Shown piece by piece: positions 49,736 through 62,500 of a DNA stretch of 64,000 nt (its first letter is position 1; each line of letters opens with the position of its first letter). The stretch is from assembly GCA_043228905.1 (NCBI GenBank), contig JBHGNT010000003.1, forward strand, positions 5,084,001-5,148,000, in the 5' to 3' direction. The notes beneath the pieces were generated by a model. The model saw nothing but the letters and a program-made list of their open reading frames with translations. It was not told the DNA's origin and did not search any database. The translations under genes were made by a program, and so were the position numbers. Source of the DNA: Azolla caroliniana (Eukaryota > Plantae > Polypodiophyta).

Positions 49736-52416
49736 ACGTGACACCATACCCGCAAGATGGAGTTCGCGACCCTCTCCTCCGGAAGACAAGCCATCTTGGG
49801 TGGGACTCCGCTCATGCAACACCAATTCAAGGAGTCGGGCCAAGGCCTACCATACTTGGGAGTCCCTACCTACAACCTATTGTGAAGTAGAACCTTCCAA
49901 CACCCCTTACCTGGTAGGAGGCATCGAACCACCATTTTGGCTAGCAATGCTTGGCTCTGCATTAAGGGGTCTATGAGGCCAAGCCCCCCTTTGGCCCGTG
50001 GTTGTGTTAACCAATGCCATGACACTATGGCGGCAGCCATCGGATTGTCCTTACTTGACCATATAAACCCCCTGATGGCAGCCTTAATCGTGTGTAAACC
50101 TAAAGGGTCCATAATCCAGAAGGAGACTGAGTGCCACATGGTGGTGAGCATCACTTGATTCGCAATAAGAACTCTACCAACGAAGGATAGTTTAGTCTTG
50201 CTCCATTGGTTCAACTTCTTGCTTAGTTTGGCTTGCACATGGGACAATTGCGCTCCCTTGGGGATTGCCCTCGCCATCGTAAATCCGAGGTACTTGAATG
50301 TTGTCCCATCAAGGACCCATGCAAAATTAGCATGGGGATGCCACCTTGGCACTAGCTGCCTGACAAAAGTCCTCAACAAGATGTTCAGCTCGCTACAAAT
50401 TTACATCATCACCCTGCAAGAAAAGGACCATATTGTCGGCATATTCAGATAACAGAAGATCTTCAGTCACATTGGGGATGGGCAATCCCCTCAATCCGCT
50501 GCTTGGTGGTTGTAAGTAGGCAGAGAACACCTCGGTTACAAATAGATAGAGATATGGGGCTAGGGGACAACATTGCCTCATTGAACGATGTAGTTGGAAG
50601 GCGGGACCCCTAGCACCAGATACCAACACACTATTGGTAGTAGTCCGATAGAGTGCAAAAGTGCAATTCCTCCATTGTTGGGGAAGGCCCATAGCTCTCA
50701 TCACGCTTTCCAAAAAGGGCCATAACCCCCTATCGTAGGCCTTCTCAAAGTCTAACATCAGAATAGCCGAGCTCGATATAGCGCGATCTGCCAATGCCAT
50801 AACTTCCCAAAGAAGTAGCACATTATAAGAGATACACCAACCCCTGATAAACCCTGTTTGATTCTCATGTATGATGTCCGGTAGGAAGCTTGCTATTCGC
50901 CTACCTAGGACTTTTGTGAGTATCTTGTATATCGTGTTAAGGATCATGATTGGACGCCATTGACGCAGCTCGAGGCTTCGTCTTGCCGCTTTAAGGATGA
51001 GATAGATCATCCCCTCAGCCATGCCAATTGGCATTGCTCCTGAGGTCCAAATCTCCCGAATCCCATCTTCCAATGACGGGATAACAGTTTCCCAATGAAT
51101 CTCAAAAGAAATTCGTGAGAGACCTTTGGGGTCGGGGCATGCTCCTCTCCGCAAATCCCTAAGTGCCTCCGAGAGTTCTAATCGAGAAATGGGGCATTCG
51201 AGCACAAGTTCCATCTCATGGGTTACCTTGGGTTGAATGCAAGCCAACATTCTCTCAGCCAGCTCCGTGTTTTGCCTAATATGCATAGGTGCGAGCAGGT
51301 CGCGATAGTATTGTGTTGCCATATGCAGAATCTCATCCTTGTCCTTCGTTATTGAGCTGTCTGGTTTGTGCAGCCCTTGTATATGTCCACCACTACCCTT
51401 GGGTGCCCTAGAGTGAAAGAAATGACGGTTGACCTTGTCGTCTGGTCTAGCCCACCATGTTGCGGTCCTTCGAAATAGCATTTGGTTCTTCTCCAGCATC
51501 TCTTCCTGCAGCTTCAACTTTGCTTCCTCCAGCTTAGCTCTAGACCAATTGCAGCTAGGGTATGCTTGTAGGGTTACCTTGGGTTGAATGCAAGCCAACA
51601 TTCTCTTAGCCAGCTCCTTGTTTTGTCGCATATGCATAGGTGCGAGCAGGTCGTGATAATATTGTGTTGCCATATGCAAAATCTCATCCTTGCCCTTCGT
51701 TATTGAGCCCTCTGGTTTGCACAACCCTTGTATATGTCCACCACCACCCTTGGGTGCCCTGGAGTGAAAGAAATGACAGTTGATCTTGTCGTCTGCTCCA
51801 GCCCACCATGTTGCATTTGGTTCTTCTCCAACGTCCTTTCCTGCAACTTCAACTTGGCTTCCTCCAGCTTAGCTCTAGACCAATTGCAGCTATGGTCTAC
51901 TTGTAGCAACTGTTGCACGGCCACAACGGACTTCCATAAGTTTGTTTAAATGGCTCTAGCCTGCTAGAGGGCCAACTTGGTTTCATGTTTTAAAAAAGAG
52001 GAGGAGAGGGCCAGTTTCTTCTGCAAATCCTCACTGACCGATTCACTTACAATGGTCTCCCACCATATGCTCTACAACCCTGCTTTCACCTTTGCACTCT
52101 TCATGATCTTTGTGGGAATTTTCACATTGAGACCCCCCTTGCTACCGCGGGGTGGGTTAAGATCTAGTCTCATCGGCTGGTGATCCGAGAATGTAAGACC
52201 TGCCAAGATAGTGAAGGAGCCCCCCAACTCTTCAAGGGACAAGCTGATGTATATGTGGTCTAGTTGTGCAAGACTACCACCCCTAGCATTCACGGGGTGT
52301 AGTGAATATGAGCATCTCCTAAGGGAAGAGCCCCATGTATCCTTCACCCCAATTTTTCCAACTAGGAAAACCCATGAGTCCAACTCTGCACCATGAAGCG
52401 GTCTTTGGGTCCCCCC

Positions 52417-52858
52417 TGTCATGATATGGCAAGACTTGAACCCATGACCTTATGGTATATGGGTCGAGCTCTTAACCATCACACCATCTATTGTAATTTG
52501 TAAGATATTATTTTCATTTATGTTTTATTATAAGAAATTAATGTATATTCTAGATTTCTCTAGAACATTCTAGAAGCTTCAAGACTACTCCTGAGAGCAC
52601 TATAAAAGGAGGCACAAGGCATTGTTTTGAACCAAATTGGTTCAATGTCACTCTTAAGCCTCTTAGCCACTTTGTACTTATCCTTCACATAATATATTAG
52701 TTGTTATCATCATCCCTCTCTCTCTCATCCTCGTTATCTCTCTCTCTCTTTGTCTCTCTTTCTCTCTCGGGAATCTTACGAAGTTCCGTCCCCTTAGTAC
52801 TAATAGTACTTCTCTTCTTTAGTACTAATTCTCTCTCTGCTTAGTACTATTTCTGACA
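52417..52858 (+). mobile_element. Solo LTR of the chromovirus family, 5-bp TSD CCCCC
   Basis: Homologous to 9979-10432; splits the LINE endonuclease domain. Confidence 0.93.
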
Positions 52859-54961
52859 CCCCCTTTCCTATCTCCCAGATGCTCAGTCATGTTGAAATCT
52901 CCAGCCATTACCCACGCCTCTGCATCAGGCAATGTTGTCGCTAGCATCCTCCAAAAGATTGCTCTCTCTAGGGAAGAGTTAGGGGCATAAATATTTAGCA
53001 CCCCAATATGAAGGCGATTCCATTTCAAAAGCACATATAAGGCTCTACCCGCCACCAACGTGCCATGTGATGTTACTTCGTAACGGGCCTGATTGCTAAT
53101 GAAGATGCAGACCCCTCCTCTTTGGTGGAGGTCATCCTGTGCAGCCGACCACCACATGGTCCATCCACCCGACAAGGGGTTTACTATGCTCTGAGTTCTC
53201 TCTTGAGAGAGGTGGTGTTCCTGCAAAAGCAATATGTCAATGTTGCCCCGGATATTAAGGGGATTCAACTCCTCCCGAAGTCTTTTGCACTCATGTTGTT
53301 GCCGGCCTCCACCAAGGCCCTACACATTCCACGTTAGGATCCTCATCTGAAGGCGGTGAGGTTGACGTCCATGTCGGGGCCGACCCCCATGTCAGGGGGC
53401 AAACTGTCATCTACTTCAGGGGGTAGGGACTCCACAGTAGATTGGAGAGCCCCTAAGGGATTCCTAGCCTATCGTTCCCGACCCGCTTCAAATAGTTCCC
53501 TTTTTCACTCTCTCTCTCCCTCACACGCAATCGCCCTTGGGAGGGGGGTTCACCCCCCACCTATTAACACTTTTGGCACGCTTGAAAGGCCGACCCTCCT
53601 TTGAGAAGAAGTCACGTCTCCCTCCCTCACTCTCCCTCTCCATCACTGATCTCTATCTCTCCATTTCTTTGTACGTGTCTGTTAGTGTTTGTGTAGGGAG
53701 TATGGTGTGGTGGATGGACTCTTTGTGTGGGAGCTAGCCTGTGATGAAGATATCAACATTATTCCCTTGAGAAGAAGACTCTCTTCTCCTCCTCTGCTTC
53801 TCTGCCTACCCCTCTGTCAGTTCTTGCTGCACCATCTCCACAACATCGCCTACACATCCCTTTCCCCATCCCCAATATGTGATGATGATCTTGCTTTCAA
53901 CCCCTTTCCTCACTCTCTCTACCTAAAATCCTAGCCACCCCAGAGTTCATCTCTATATCTTAAGCTCTCTTCATCTTTGGGTTAGCGGCTATGTTGTGTG
54001 TGTGTTGGTCCCACCATAGAAATGGTGGGCGTTCCATCTGAGAAGTTTTTTCTAGTTTTCCCCACAATATAATGCCTCATTCCTGCTTCAACCCAAACAG
54101 AGAAATTGAATATAGTGATGGATCTACATCAAGCATTGTTAGGGATCATTATACCTCCCATCATTGTGTGTGTGATGCTATTGTGCCAATGTTAACAAAG
54201 AACAAGATCACAATAGATTCATAAAGGAGGATTGTGAATCACTATGGAAGCTTGGATCACTTGGTATATGAGGCGTGTTCTCCTTGCATAGATGCACGGA
54301 AGGATCATCACCACTGACTGGGTTCATCATCTTCACTATCAGAATCAGAGCTTGAAGAAGATGTGTCTCGACGGTGGCATAGGTGGCCATACGATCGAAC
54401 AAAGGTGCGACAATCAGATAGATGGCGCCAAGCAACTAGACAAAGACAGTCCGGTAGCCGGACTAAGACGACCCTGAACAGAGATAGCCGCCGCATAGCC
54501 ACAGTCGAAGCGGCAAAGAGATGGCCAACATCTCGTAGACAGCCGAAAAGCATCGGCCGAACCAGCATGGCCAAGACGCGTGGCTGAGAGGGCATCAGAA
54601 GAACAATTCAAAGATCAGAGGGCATACAATAAATTTTTAAAAACTTGAGGGTGAAAATAAAAATTCGAAAGAACAAGGTGTATAAAACATAAAACCCAAC
54701 TCACATGAATGAACTAGAGAATACACAAACGCACAACACGATTTCACGACCCATGCCACATTGAATTAGCCGATTGGTGTATGATCAAATTGCGACTTGT
54801 GCTGACCGAACGAGAAGGTTCGAGTCAAGCAAAGCTCTGATCAAAGTTATTGATCGTAGAGCAGTGATCCGGTCGAGGGATTTCCGACTGTTGAGACGAC
54901 CGATGGAGTTACAGTTGAGAAGAGTTGCCATGGTGAGTGGGTTCACCGTGCAATGCACTGT

Positions 54962-55267
54962 CCCACAGGCGTGCCATGTGTTACCCCCGTAAGAATATAC
55001 GGGGAGGCATAAGGGTAGGTGTAATGATGTGGTTGATGTGTATGTGTAAAGTAAATGAGTCTGTGAGGATGAGTATGTGTATGGACACATGCACAATTAT
55101 GTGCATGTGTAGAAGAATGTGTAACGGTCTTATTTATAACGTTCATGTAACCATTACATTGGATGTATTATATAAACCCCGTTTGGGCATGTAATGAATA
55201 TACATTTTTCTCCTCTCATTTTGGTGTCATTTCCTATTTGTCTTTCTCTCTTGCTCTCTCTCTAACA
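54962..55267. mobile_element. Short LTR-like segment (54979-55267) with an adjacent PBS-like motif on the minus strand
   Basis: tgtta...taaca ends. The minus strand continues ca-TGGCACGCCTGTGGGA, which resembles a tRNA-Arg PBS. Confidence 0.45.
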
Positions 55268-55430
55268 TAACCCCCCTTGGGAGGGGGGTGAAGCTTATTC
55301 TAGGTTTCACCCCCCACCCCAACAATAGCGATACAGTTTGGCTCCTAAGCGGTTGCGTATCCTACACCCCTCTAGCCCAGAGAGACGACGCCAAACCAGG
55401 TGATGGTCTGCCTATTTTGCCCTTGATCGT

Positions 55431-56616
55431 TGTCGTGAAGATTTTCGGCAATAGTGTGAAAATCACATAAAACGTACCAAATCGAGTATGAATCACATAA
55501 AACAATAATAGTGAAGATAACATTTTAAATAAGTTTAATATCTAAGTACAAAATGATGGAGGTCTTCAAGAGCTTTCGAATGCACTTTATTACACGAGAA
55601 ACAGACAACTAAATGTCAAGATATGAGGGTATAAAGTTTGTGAAAGGAAAAGAGAAAACTGTGAGATATCCCACATAGGCACGACAAATACGGCTCTCAT
55701 CATATATAAGGTAGATCAAAAGCTATTATCTTTGTGTCTATGTGTGGAGCATAGAGAGTTCAAGGTAACTTGAACTAAGAGTGGAGGTGGCCTAACTACT
55801 TGTAAAGGTTTTTGGCCAACCAAAACCGGACCGGCGATGGAGCCAGTGATCCGGCGGTAGTCACTTTGGTGGCACACCGGCAACCGATGATCCGGCGGAA
55901 CCGGCATCTGGCGACATCCAACGACAACAAGGTGACGGCATCCGGCAAGGTGGCAGCCACCGGTACGACATCCAACGCCGGTGAGGCAACGACATCCGGC
56001 GAACCGACGATTAGATAAATAAATATATAAATATATATATACACACACACACACATATACATATATATATACAAGGAGGGCAAGTAAGGATTCAAACCTT
56101 GCACCTCCAAGTTAAGAGTCAATTGGCTTACCACTAAGCCATGACATTTATGTGAATTTATATTTCTATCATTGTACTTTTACATGTAAATTCTCATACA
56201 TTAGAGCTAAAATGAGTGACATGGTTATCATGCACCACATGTAATACATGGGCGCCAAATGGCAAACATGCATTTTATGCATGTCTTGTACCCTCACATG
56301 CATCATATGCATGAGAGCATCTATAAAAAAAGGGACGAAAAAGAAGAAGGGTTAGGTTTTTTTTGTTATGAAATTAAGAAGAAGAGAATTCGTTATCGAA
56401 TTGATCGTGTAACTTGTTTCTTAAAATCTAAAATCAAGAGTTCAATCTTAATTTCTCTCAATCTAAAGTCAAGCGTTCTATTCTATCTCAAGCTCTCTCT
56501 CTCTTTCAATCTAGCTTAAATACTTTCTCGCTAAAGCTTGCGCCAACTTCAAGTCCTTCCGGTCCAGAACCCCGACGGTTCTGCCTCACGATCCGCGTGT
56601 AGTGATCTTCACGACA
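55431..56616 (+). mobile_element. Solo LTR, tRNA-Trp gypsy group, 4-bp TSD
   Basis: Ends tgtcgtgaaga...tcttcacgaca with flanks TCGT/CCGT, TATA at about 56321, inserted in LINE ORF1. Confidence 0.85.
56076..56147 (-). other. tRNA-Lys(CTT)-like degenerate sequence within the LTR
   Basis: A-box TGGCTTAGTGG, loop CTCTTAA, B-box GGTTTGAATCC with a paired T-stem. The acceptor and anticodon stems are poor. Confidence 0.65.
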
Positions 56617-59535
56617 CCGTGCCCATCCGGATCCACGACTTCACTAATATGAGGTCACCACCACATTCACGTTCCATCATGAAGGGGGCATTTGTCAACA
56701 TCTCCTCAGGGGTGGACGATACCTGTTGTGGTTACATCTCCATCGGGGTGGAGAACACGAACTTGGGGGACAAGGATTCGCATGGGGACAATGTTGCTGC
56801 CAACGCTTTTGGGTCGCCATCCCCTAGCCCTTGGAGCAATGTAAATCTGTTGGACGCTCTCACCTATAGGTTGTGCATCTCCGCACTCCCGGAGAGGATC
56901 TTCACTCGTTTCAAGGGTTGTTCGTCCACACTTGCTGGTGACAAGGTAGGAGAACTTCTTTCTACGGGACAGTCTTGAAAGAGGGGGGGTGAGGTTGCAC
57001 CTAGGCTTCAAAGTTTCCCCTGCTTCTTAACGGGGTGCCAAAGAGCCTCGCTGCCCTTGGGTGGCGCGGCCTTCCATGAGGTTCGAGGTCCCGAGTTTCC
57101 CTTTCCAGTCTTATGAGGACATTCCTTAGCTAGGTGCCCTTTCTGTTTGCAGATGAAAAACTGCCCATGGGAGTCCCTCATATACCATATTCACCATTGT
57201 GAGACCTAGCTCCTTAGAGTATAGCCTAATTCTGGATGGAATTCCATGGAGGGAAGGCACTAAGATGCATAGCTTGGGCACCTCCGCTACTGTATCTGCC
57301 ATGGACATTTTTTTAGGGCAAATCGTCCTTATTTGTTCGCCAAAGAAAGGAAGTAGATGGCACAAGTAGGGAGGGAGGCCGGGAAATGTTGTGGTGATCA
57401 CCCTAGGATTGTTAAGTTTCCGCAACTCCTCAATTGGATTGAACCTTGGTGACCACGATTGGAGCAGCACCTTACTGTACTTTAATTCAAGAACCTTGAG
57501 CTCTACCAATGGTTGCACCAGCGCGCCATCACCCAATTCAATGTGGAAGAAATTTTTCCCCAAACCCCGGACGCTCTTGATCGGAGGCATGTTTTCCATC
57601 ACAGCCACTTGGAGCATGTCCCGAACCATGCCACGACTTGGTCTACCGACAAGGAACCTACATACAAAGGAAGTACGACGTAGGCGTTCGATTTCCTCCG
57701 CTAAGAGCCGATTGGCCTCTAGGGACAAGGTGACGTCAAGATCTGTTTCGCCTTCTTCATGTAACATAGTGGGTTTTGTTGGAAGTTCAGTTTCTCCCAC
57801 CATTGCACACTATGGTTCTGTTTTTTTTTTGTTTTCCCCCCTTCCCTTTTGTCGTGTTTCATTTTCTTTCTTCTTCTTCTTCCCCCCCCCCCCCCCCCCC
57901 TTTTTTATTTTATTTTATTTTTTATTTAAATAAATGTATATATATATCCATTTTTTTAGAATTAATTAATTAATTAATTAATTAATTTAAATATTATAAA
58001 TATAAAGCACTTCTTGAACCCACTCCTCGAACCCACTCTTCGAAAGCACTCCTCGAACCCACTTCTCAAACCCACTGTAACCCTAAACTACTCTACATAG
58101 CAACGACGACGGCGAGGGGGGGGCTATGGCAACCACCGCCCTTCGGAAAGTTGTGCTGAGATGACCTTCACATTCAGCTCCTGCTCTTGCACTCACTTTG
58201 TTCTGCTGTGTGGTGGCCGCTGCTCCGCTCCTCCTCCACTCTTCTATTAACACTCTTCCCCGAAGGCCGCTGCCTACCTGCCGCTGCTCCGCTGCCTCTC
58301 TTAGGTCTGACTCTCTCCTACTCGAATGTTTTCTTCTATTAATGCCCGTTTTATTTCTCCTTCATTTTATGTGGGGGAAGTTTTTTGGATTTATCGTCCA
58401 ATGTTTTACCTAGCTTTCCCTAACTATTCTAGAATGTGGATCGTCTATGGGGTTGGAATAACATCTATTTCGTGTTTGTGAGACAACTAAGAGTATGTTT
58501 GAATATATTCCTAAGCCTAATAGAAAATATAGATAAAAGAACCAAAAAAACTCAAACCTTAACACCTAATTACGCACTCAAGATGTCAAAACTTAACCCA
58601 ACATGCTTAATCACTTAAATATAGGCAATAAGGTACATTGTCCCTTCAATTTTTACCAATTTCTAAGTGTATAGAAATAATTAGCATATTTTAGCATTAA
58701 TATTAATAACTCATGAAAATTTCAAAAACAATGGCAACATATATCTCTTTGCTTTGGATTGAATATTTGTGTAATCTAATTGGGATTGGCAAATGCATTT
58801 AACTTTAGTTGGATTTTGGTCCACTATTGTTGGGCATGAAAACATATTTGTGAGCCACCATTCACCCTCTATAAATCTATTTGTTGAGAAAGTATATGTT
58901 AAATGTCTTGTAATGCTTAGGTGTATGACAAGGGACATGAAATTTCGGAGAATACAACAATGTAATTTCATCAAAGTAGCTTAGAAGCTGCTAATTGATA
59001 CAACCACTCCATGACATTAGATGATGGATGCAATGACCTCCTACAAATGTTTTGTGAGAAAATCTCCCCCAATGAAATTATTTGGCAATTCTACATGGCA
59101 TATCACCTTGTGGAGGGAGGTTTACTCCAATTTGTCATATGTTTCCTTGCTCCATGATAAGCATTTCCCTTATCATGGCTCAAACAACAACAATTATCAT
59201 TTGGTATAACTAGTGGATCTCCAACTATGAGTGTGACAAGGATCATGGGTGGGTATGCACAAGAGGTCCATTTTTGCTATCAATGTCCCACAACATGAAC
59301 CCCATGAAATGTTGGCCGTCAATGAAAAACCCAACAATGTCTCAATGATTTCTATGACAGTAGGGACCTTTTTAACCCCAAAAAATGATCATAAGTTAAA
59401 TCATGTACAATGATCATGGGTGGGTATGCACAAGAGATCCATATTTACTATCTGGCCAAACCATCAATGTCCCACAACATGAACTCCATGAAATGTTGGT
59501 TGTCAACAAAAAACCCAACAACGCCTCCATGATTT

Positions 59536-62500
59536 TGTTGGATAACGGGTCCCTTTGGATGGGAAGTGGAGCTTAAGGAAAAAGGGAGAACCGTTTCCCA
59601 CAGAGTTGATAAGTATTTCGGCCAAGGCCGAAATCCAAAACCGAAACCGAAACCGAAACTCAATTATATAACCGATTCGTGAGACCATATTTGTAAATAG
59701 CCTAAATTTGCCCATGTGGGCTATATTTGTAAATAGCAAGAAAGTTGTATAAGTATATATACAACTAGGGCAAACTTTATGGTTAACGATAATCATCATT
59801 GTTGTATAGTCAGAAGGTAGTTGCCTCTATAACTGTGAGTGGGAGAGAGAGAGAGTGAGAGTAGTAACTTTGCCGCCATCTGTTAGACGAAGAAGATCTC
59901 GAGGTCGTTGCCTTCGAGTATCTTATTGTACTCCCCCTCATCATAGTTATTCTGTTTCTTGGGGTTTGTGGACCCCCGTGGTTTTTCCCTTTTGGGTTTT
60001 CCACATAAAAGATCTTGTGTCTCTGTTTTTCGTTTTGTGTCCCCGCTTTTTTTCTGTCTGTGTACTAGCCTTCTGGATCTTTGCACCCGAACATTTGAAG
60101 TGAAACCGGTTGTGGTCAGTCACGATCCTAACAAAGTGGTATCAAAGCGACGGAAGACTTGTTTGTTGGCATGGTCAAATTAACCGGCTCCAACTACTCA
60201 GATTGGAAGTCAAAGATGAGAAACATGCTCGTGTGCAAAGACCTTTGGTTGCCGGTGCAGTTCGGAGATAAAAGGCCAGAGAAGATCGATGCATCAACTT
60301 GGGAAGTGTTGCATCTGAAGGCGGCAACATACATAAGGGGTTTTATAGACATGAGTCTGTACAACAACTTTGGTGAAGAAACAGAAGTGGATGTCCTATG
60401 GAAGAAGATCGGCGTGATGTTGAAAACAAGAACGTCGTGAATAGAGTCTCAGTTTACAGAAAAATCATGAGACTCTAGTATCAAGCCGGCTCCCGCATGA
60501 CAGAGCATATTAAGGCCTTCCAAGGACTGATGAATCAAAACACCTCTCTAGAAGTACCTCTTGCAACAAGGTATTAGCTTTATTGTTGCTGGATCCCTTC
60601 TGGACAACTGGGAGACGCTCGTTGTCACATTGGGCAACGCTGGACCGGAAGGGAAGCATTTATCCCTAGAGTAGGTGAAGTCGAGCTTATTAAATGAGGA
60701 AGCTCGCCGGAAGTACCGAGAATCCAATACCGACCCAAAGACCTTACTCACAGAAAGTGATGCGAATCCAGGACGAGGCCGAAATCAAAATCCCTAGAAT
60801 CGAGATAAGTCGAGGACAAGGTCGAAGTTGAGGGGAAGCTGGGGCACTTCCAAAAGAATTGCCGACATTTCCGAAAGGAAAAAGGGGGAGCCAACGGTGT
60901 TCAACCGAAGAAGATTTCGGACAGCAAGAACACCTCAACGATCTGACAAGTGAGGAGGAGTTGTTGCTCATCAGTGAGCAAAAGAAGTGAACCTTATCGG
61001 CGATGAATCGACATGGGTGGTCGATTCGGGTGCGTCATTCCAGCTAACATCCGACCGGAAATGCTTTTCATCCTACGGAGCTAGAGATCTCGGATCTGTA
61101 AAGATGGGAAGTGAAGGAGCATGCCGAATTGTCGGCATTGGAGAGGTGTGCTTGACAACGTCAACCTGGTGCAAACTTGTGTTGAGAGATGTTCGACACG
61201 TTCCGGAAGATCGATTGAACTTGATATCAGCTGGTCGGTTGGATGACAAAGGCTACACGGGTAGCATCCGGAATGGCATCATGAAGTTCTGCAAAGGGAA
61301 CCTAATCGTGGCTCGAGCTCAGAAAACCATCACACTATATGTGATGCATGCTCGATTATGCGGAGGGGAAGCAAATGTGGCAACCGACACAGTCGATGAG
61401 TTATGGCACACATGGCTATGTCACATGAGCCAGAAGTGGATGCGAAGACTTGCCGATGACAACTTCATTCCGGAGGTAAAGAATGTGCAACTTGAGAAGA
61501 ACACGGATTGCTTGGCCGGCAAGCAAAATCAAACCTCCTTCCGATCGAGGCCCCCGATGAGGAAGAAAATGTCGCTGGAACTCGTGCATACCGACGTATG
61601 CTACGTGGACACAAAGTCTCATGGTGGTTCATAGTATTTCGTGACCTTCATAAACAACTGTAGCCGGAAGTTGTGGGCTTCTGTGCTGAAGATAAAGGAT
61701 CAGGTGTTATTCATCTTCAAAGAGTTCCAAGCAAGGGTTGAAAGGGAAACCAACCGAAAAATGAAGGCAATCCGAGTGGACAATGGCGGAGAGTATCGTA
61801 GATCGTTCGAAGAATATTGCTAAGTGCAAGGAATCTGGCTCCAGTATACCATGCCGAAGACGTCGGAGCTTAATGGGTTGGCCAAGAGGATGAACTAGAC
61901 CATAATGGAGAGGGTCTGAAGTATGCTTACACATGCAAAATTACCAAAGACGTTATGGGATGAGGTGTTGATGATGACAACGTATGTGATAAACTGATCA
62001 CCCTCGATACCCTTGGACGGTGATATTCCACAAAGGGTGTGGAGCGGCAAAAACATCTTGATGACGTACCGACATCGGATGGGATTCGTCTATCTTGCCT
62101 ATGTGCATGTTGCAAAGGACCAAAGGGGGAAGCTAGACCCAAAATCTTAGCCATGTATATTTCTCAGCTACAACGACGACGAATTCGGTTATCGGCTAGG
62201 GGACTTAGCCGAGAAGAAGGTGAGTAGGAGCCGGGATATTGTTTTCATGGAGGAGAAGACATTTGTCGATTGGGAGATTGAGAATAAGTCTCCAACTACC
62301 GAATCGAGCCGAGTCGATGCTTGGCCGAATCGAGTAGAAGTCGATTCGATTGAAATCAAATATGAGCTAGTCAGCCGATTTAATACTTGGCAAAATCAAG
62401 AACCGACTGAAGAACAAGGGGAACTAGCCGAACAAAGAATCGAATTCAACTGGGCTGAAGAAGAACCGACTATATTGAATGGAGGCAGAAGATATCCCTT

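Larger units (their letters stand above)
47636..53346 (-). pseudogene. LINE ORF2 (APE-RT-zf), disrupted
   Basis: Motifs as above, with stops, frameshifts, two solo LTRs and a ~350-bp internal duplication (51220-51560 vs 51572-51891). Confidence 0.88.
47336..57803 (-). mobile_element. Near full-length L1-like LINE (ORF1 and ORF2) carrying at least four nested insertions
   Basis: ORF1 57803 to about 55270 (RRM/DUF4283-like plus knuckle FICKQKGHLAKEC). ORF2 from ATG 53346 (TWNV, LQEH, NIYAPN, GDFN, SDH endonuclease; WRPI, DFEKAYD, YADN RT; zf-RVT). T-tract at 47336. Confidence 0.87.

Noticed and set aside
56076-56147. Functional tRNA-Lys gene
   Set aside because: The acceptor and anticodon stems do not pair, so it is kept only as tRNA-like.
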